A DNA stretch of 64,000 bases from Synergistales bacterium. GTDB lineage: Bacteria; Synergistota; Synergistia; Synergistales; JAFGMB01. Below the pieces are notes generated by a model. It did no database searches. It was given only the letters and a program-made list of their open reading frames with translations, and was not told where the DNA came from. The DNA is taken from positions 2,080,001-2,144,000 of the forward strand of contig OY762654.1 in NCBI GenBank assembly GCA_963666205.1. The letters run 5' to 3'. The position numbers were made by a program, and so were the translations under genes. Positions 59,334-64,000 of this stretch are shown one piece after another (positions within the stretch are counted from its first letter, which is position 1; each line of letters begins with the position of its first letter).

Positions 59334-60887
59334 ATGATAAAGAAAAACAGAAGTTTATCTTTTCGACTGGCGGCATTGGCTGTCCCGTTGCTCTTGATAT
59401 GCCTTTTTATCCATTCCTCACAGGCATCTGCCACGGTCTTCATGAATGTTCCTGATGGATCTGAACTTGAAGAGATCCTGGGCAAATTCGAGACCCTGGT
59501 CGAAAAGACCCGCCAGGAATTCGGTATACCAGGTATGGCTGTTGCCATAATCCAGGACGACGAGGTCGTATATTCAAAGGGGTTCGGTGTAAGGAAGGTG
59601 GGCAAGGACAAACCAGTGACCCCTGAAACAGTTTTTCAGATCGGTTCTACTTCCAAGGCTTTTACCGCAGCCCTGGTGGCAACCCTGGTTGATGAGGGTG
59701 AAGTGGGATGGAAGGATCCTGTGGTCAAGCATCTGCCGAATTTCGTCATGGCTGATCCTTGGGTGACACAGGCTTTCCAGGTACGAGACCTTATGGCCCA
59801 GCATAGCGGGATGAAACAGTATACCGGTGATATCCTTTCACTTATGGGTTACGGAAGGGATGATATTGTACGGTCTACAGCATTTCTTCAACCTGTCTCA
59901 AGTTTCAGATCGGAATTTTCTTATGTTAACAACCTCTGGGTTACAGCTGCTGCTCTGCTGGAGAAAAAAACCGGGAAGAGCTGGGAGCAGAACCTGCAGG
60001 AGAGGATACTGGATCCCCTGGGTATGAAAAACACAACCTTTACAAAAGAAGGCCTGCTGGGTTCACCCGAAGCCACATCACTCCACATACTGGAGAACGG
60101 GAAAGTGGTTCCTCTTGAAGGAGACTGGATCTTTTTTGACTGGTGCTATACCTATGCTCCTGCAGGAGGTATCAATTCGACAGTCATGGACATGGCAAGA
60201 TGGGTTAGATTCCAGCTTGGTGACGGGACTGTTGAGGGTAGAAAGATCCTTTCTCCCCAGAACCTGGAGTATCCCCATCATCCCCAGACTCCAATAGATG
60301 CAAAAAACTCCTACTGTATGGGCTGGTTGAAGTCTGATTTTCAGCCTTATCCCCTGATATGGCACAACGGAGAGACTACGGGATGCAGGACCCTGGTCAT
60401 GATGATGCCTAGGGCGAAATTGGGAATAGTGATCCTCTCAAATCTAGGGACCCGTGCGCCTGAGGGTCTGGGGTTTGCCTTTATGGACATGTATTTCGGC
60501 AATACTCCGGAAAAGGACTATATCTCAAAGGTTCTTAAGGCCTGGAATCGATCAAAAGAAAAGGCGGAGAAGAATGATCTCTCACAACATGCCTGGGTTC
60601 CTGAAGATCGTTCCGTATATGAAGGCATTTACAAAAGTGACTTTTTAGGAAGGGGTACGGTCATTGAGGAGGAGGGATGTCTTTGGTTACAGCTAGGTCC
60701 TCTGGGCCGGCGACTTAGCCTCAATCCCCTGAAACAGGATTTTTTCGCCTGCGAGGTTGAGAGCCTGGGACTTGCGGGGATGGTCCGGTTTAAACATGAT
60801 CCGGATGGAAAGGTCCTGGCCTTTGATATGACCGATGAGGATGGAGACCATTTCACTTCTTTTGTGAAAAAGAGTTCCCTGAAATAA
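59334..60887 (+). CDS. Serine hydrolase, beta-lactamase/PBP-like family
   Basis: SxxK (GSTSK), YxN (YVN), WHNG; signal peptide. Confidence 0.9.
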   Translation: MIKKNRSLSFRLAALAVPLLLICLFIHSSQASATVFMNVPDGSELEEILGKFETLVEKTRQEFGIPGMAVAIIQDDEVVYSKGFGVRKVGKDKPVTPETVFQIGSTSKAFTAALVATLVDEGEVGWKDPVVKHLPNFVMADPWVTQAFQVRDLMAQHSGMKQYTGDILSLMGYGRDDIVRSTAFLQPVSSFRSEFSYVNNLWVTAAALLEKKTGKSWEQNLQERILDPLGMKNTTFTKEGLLGSPEATSLHILENGKVVPLEGDWIFFDWCYTYAPAGGINSTVMDMARWVRFQLGDGTVEGRKILSPQNLEYPHHPQTPIDAKNSYCMGWLKSDFQPYPLIWHNGETTGCRTLVMMMPRAKLGIVILSNLGTRAPEGLGFAFMDMYFGNTPEKDYISKVLKAWNRSKEKAEKNDLSQHAWVPEDRSVYEGIYKSDFLGRGTVIEEEGCLWLQLGPLGRRLSLNPLKQDFFACEVESLGLAGMVRFKHDPDGKVLAFDMTDEDGDHFTSFVKKSSLK

Positions 60888-60981
60888 CCTGCAGTAAAGA
60901 TTGCTTGATGTAACACTGCAACATAACTATGGCCTGATGAATCTGTTTCAGACCTCCGATCCGATGAGAAGGAGTGAAACT

Positions 60982-63003
60982 ATGAGTAATTTCAAAAGAT
61001 ATGTTGTTCTTGTTCCAGTTCTTATTGCGCTTCTGTTTATTCCTTCATGGTACGCTGAGGCCCTGGAGTCAGGGGGGAATTATCCTCAAACCATCTCCAC
61101 AGCCCGGGAGGTTCTGTGGAAGGCCATATCATCAGGTGTTAACTCTGCCACAGTTGCTGTAATGGATGGAGGGAATATCATCTATTCCGAGTGTTTTGGT
61201 CCGGCAGACCGTGCAGAGAACAGGCTGGTGGATGCCAATACCCGTTTCAACATAGGATCCACCAGCAAAATGTTCGTTGCAGTTGCTACCCTGCTGCTTG
61301 TCGACGAGGGCAAGCTCGATCTTGATGACCCTGTGGTCAAATATATTCCGGAATTTACCATGCCTGACGAGCGGTACAGGGATATAACGGTTCGAATGCT
61401 CTTCAACCATTCATCCGGTTTACCGGGTACAACCTTCCTGTTCGGTGAAGATCCGGGCAGGGATCTCTATATGCTTCTTCTGGATAATCTCAAGGAGACT
61501 TATCTGAAGCATGTCCCCGGAGCTATGAGTATTTACTGCAATGACGGTTTTACCCTTGCGGAAATGATCGTGGAACGCCTTTCGGGACAAAAATATATGG
61601 ACTTTATCGATGAAAGGATCTTCAAGCCTCTGGGAATGAAGAACACGGGGCCCAGTATAGGTGAAAGAGGCGGAAATGTTGCGGAGTACTATGATCCCGG
61701 CAATGGAAAGAAATATCCCCTGGAGACGGTGCTGGTCCATGCCGCAGGAGGGCTCTCCTCAACACCGCAGGACCTCTGCCGTTTCGGTGACAGTATGGCT
61801 CCAGGCGGGAATAATATTCTTTCCAGGGCTTCTCTGGAAGAATTAATGAAAGAACAGCCTACAACTTCGGTGGGTTGGTTTAAGGGGAATGCCCTTTATA
61901 ATTCATTCGGTTGGGAACATGCCTGGCTTCCCGACTATAAAGAAAAGGGGTACCAGGTCCTGGGTAAGGGAGGTAATACGGTATATTATTCCACCGGATT
62001 ACAGATACTGCCGTCTGAGAGAATCGCTGTTGCCGTAATAATTTCAGGGCAGGCCAGCGGAGAAGGTCTGACCAGTCCCATTCTGGATGCCCTTATGGAG
62101 GATAAGGGGCTTTTTGACAGGGAAGCACAGGTAGTTGCAAAACCGGTGAAGCCTCAATCTGTTCCCTCCGAGATGCTTCCCTTTGCGGGCTATTATGCAG
62201 ATGAAAAGACGGCTGTACAGTTCGTCTTCGATCAGGAAAAACAGACCCTGAGCATCTATCCCATACTGCCATGCCCTCCTGAAGGGAATGGAGAGAGGGT
62301 ACCTGCGCTGGTGTTGACCTATAACAACGGGTATTTCCATAATTTTGAGAAAAACATGCACTGCTATTTTCTGGAGGAAGAGGGAAATACCTTTCTTGTA
62401 GTTGAGAAGATCCCTGTCTATGGCAGCGATGTCTGGATCTTTCAGAAACTTGAAGAGATGGAAGACCCTGTGAAGCTTTCAGTTGAAATGGATGAATCCA
62501 TCTGGCTCGTGAGAAATATGCCTGCCCTCACCATGGTAGATGACGATCCATTTATGGTCAGGTCTTCCCTAAACCCTGCTATGCCGGGATATCTTTCCTT
62601 CTACGGGGTGGTGAAAATAGACGATCCCGATCATGCAGGCATTGCCGCTACTGCTTTTCGTGATCAGAGGGATCTGGTGCTTTTCCGGAAAAACGGTGAA
62701 GTACGTGTTAAGACGGGATTATTTGTTTTCTCTTGGGAGAATGTGGCCAGGATTCCTGAACCAGGGGTGAACACTGTAACGATCGGTGCTGAGGGAGAGA
62801 ATGAATGGATGAAGGTCGAGTCGGGATCTGTTCTTTCCTTCGAAAAGCCGAAGAATGGGCGTGTTCTCTTAATGTCGGCCGGGAAAGATACACCAATGCT
62901 ATACGACAGCGAGGTTGATAGCGGAGAAATATATGCGCCCGCGGGCAGCTTTATCTTTTTCGCCGGATCTCCGGGGGATGTGTTCGAGGTAAGGGCACGG
63001 TAA
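60982..63003 (+). CDS. Serine hydrolase, beta-lactamase/PBP-like family
   Basis: GSTSK, YCN, KGG. ATG at 60982 follows AAGGAG. Confidence 0.9.
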   Translation: MSNFKRYVVLVPVLIALLFIPSWYAEALESGGNYPQTISTAREVLWKAISSGVNSATVAVMDGGNIIYSECFGPADRAENRLVDANTRFNIGSTSKMFVAVATLLLVDEGKLDLDDPVVKYIPEFTMPDERYRDITVRMLFNHSSGLPGTTFLFGEDPGRDLYMLLLDNLKETYLKHVPGAMSIYCNDGFTLAEMIVERLSGQKYMDFIDERIFKPLGMKNTGPSIGERGGNVAEYYDPGNGKKYPLETVLVHAAGGLSSTPQDLCRFGDSMAPGGNNILSRASLEELMKEQPTTSVGWFKGNALYNSFGWEHAWLPDYKEKGYQVLGKGGNTVYYSTGLQILPSERIAVAVIISGQASGEGLTSPILDALMEDKGLFDREAQVVAKPVKPQSVPSEMLPFAGYYADEKTAVQFVFDQEKQTLSIYPILPCPPEGNGERVPALVLTYNNGYFHNFEKNMHCYFLEEEGNTFLVVEKIPVYGSDVWIFQKLEEMEDPVKLSVEMDESIWLVRNMPALTMVDDDPFMVRSSLNPAMPGYLSFYGVVKIDDPDHAGIAATAFRDQRDLVLFRKNGEVRVKTGLFVFSWENVARIPEPGVNTVTIGAEGENEWMKVESGSVLSFEKPKNGRVLLMSAGKDTPMLYDSEVDSGEIYAPAGSFIFFAGSPGDVFEVRAR

Positions 63004-63105
63004 ACAATGGACAACCCATAGTCCTGGAGCTGTTATTCAATCCTTTATCCTTGTGAATTGACGATGTCAATGGTGCTTTGCTACCATAGGTCCCGTAATA
63101 AAAGC

Positions 63106-63141
63106 GGGGTCAAGCCTTGCACGCACGGTTTTGTAGTGCAA
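63106..63141 (+). repeat. GGGGTC-site, subtype B'
   Basis: GGGGTCAAGCCTTGCACGCACGGTTTTGTAGTGCAA. Confidence 0.93.
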
Positions 63142-63198
63142 CTGAATTGAAAACAGAGTTTATGATTGCTTAAAGCCCAAAAAGGTAGAAGATTAAAC

Positions 63199-63280
63199 AA
63201 GAGACTGGGGTATGGCTTTAGTCGCCCATCTGGTTCGCCGGATGGATTAGACTGTATATGTCCCCCCAGTCTTTTTTTTT
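63199..63280 (+). other. Long irregular hairpin with a UUCG loop and U9 tail (candidate ncRNA or terminator)
   Basis: AGACTGGGG/CCCCAGTCT, TATGG/CTGTA, TTTAGTC/GATTAGA, CATCTGG-TTCG-CCGGATG. Confidence 0.6.
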
Positions 63281-63328
63281 GGCATTCCCCAAAACTCTGA
63301 TCATTTCAGCTATCGGCAATGAAGACAT
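63272..63328 (-). pseudogene. 5' stub of a fourth HD-phosphohydrolase copy
   Basis: RBS AAGGAAG, then MSSLPIAEMIRVLGNAKK versus MSPLPIAEMIATFGNDKK in the intact gene. The frame then runs into unrelated hairpin sequence and stops at 63218. Confidence 0.85.
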
Positions 63329-63550
63329 ATTCACTTCCTTGATAGATCTATCCTGATGATCCTGATTTATTCATCAAATAGTTTTGTTCGGTGAGTTTCA
63401 CCATACACCATTTACCCGTCCTAATTTCTGGGATGGCCAGTTTATTGAAGTCTGAATAAATTTTTCCGTATCTTGAGTTATCTCCCTTAACGTGACCACA
63501 TTTATTTCAATAGAGTGACTCAGGCGGGAGTTTTTTAGGCATCTGCAGAG

Positions 63551-64000
63551 TTATATTCTGTTTTTACCATCTCTTTCAATTATTGTATCGACCTTTTTAC
63601 CCAGATTTTCCTGAATGATCATTTTGAAAATCTCGATCGATTCATTGGAGCTCATTGCTCTTCCGGCAGCAGAAATAATACAATCACCCGCTTTTAGGCC
63701 GAGTGAGGAAGCTACGCTTCCACTGTAAACTATTAGTAAGTAGAATGGGTTTCCTGGTCGGGGCTGAACTCCAAGTCTGAATTTTGACGGACGGGAGCTT
63801 ATCCCAAGGAAATATGTCAGGTCAACAGGGACGGTTTCCTTAAATGTTGCAGACTGTTGATAGAGGTTTGCGGTCTGCTCGCTTTTTTCGAAAATAGTTT
63901 CCTTGGCCAGATTGCGTAAAGCTATGGAACGTTTCAACAAATAGCGGCATTGGGTGGGAAATCTTTTGCCTGTTGTCCGGTTACAATAGCATTAATAAAA
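63551..64000 (-). pseudogene. PDZ-domain-containing gene end, probably frameshifted
   Basis: RLGV...GSVASSLGLKAGDCII...IERDG is PDZ-like. There is an in-frame stop upstream, and another frame is open from the window edge to about 63935. Confidence 0.5.

Noticed and set aside
59334-63003. Antibiotic-resistance beta-lactamases
   Set aside because: SxxK/YxN motifs with long C-terminal extensions fit the broad serine hydrolase family; resistance cannot be inferred.
12144-63141. GGGGTC repeats as a CRISPR array
   Set aside because: Spacing is irregular and kilobase-scale, both orientations occur, and there are no cas genes.
63199-63280. Integron attC site
   Set aside because: No RYYYAAC/GTTRRRY ends and no integrase seen.

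Overview
Bacterial accessory-type region, probably from a Synergistota genome: two surface proteins end in a GGGGC-hydrophobic-RKR (Synerg-CTERM-like) sorting tail, and an OmpA-family gene implies a diderm envelope. It holds about 55 genes in small, functionally unrelated blocks. These include an ArnT/GT2/GtrA glycosylation cluster with a QseBC/PmrAB-like two-component system, a nitrosative-stress operon (DUF2249-CMD fusion, hcp and a rubredoxin missed by the ORF track) with a divergent Crp/Fnr regulator and its box, a single-module NRPS-like gene with a Na+/solute symporter, a MocR/PLP-enzyme block, a kefFC-like operon, secreted enzymes and serine hydrolases. I saw no tRNA, rRNA, CRISPR array, integrase or transposase. 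The main unexplained structure is non-coding. About 14 clear copies, plus several degenerate ones, of a GGGGTCA(G/A)(G/A)(C/T)CTTG-headed site in three subtypes sit between the gene blocks, mostly in one orientation. Genes break off at or beside these sites: a ydbC-like gene after 17 codons, and an HD-hydrolase gene. That HD gene occurs four times, always near a site: two intact copies, a 3' fragment and a 5' fragment, and the two fragments have nearly complementary breakpoints. My inference is a site-directed gene-cassette capture or shuffling system whose enzyme lies outside the window. All alignments and folds were done by eye and need computational confirmation.
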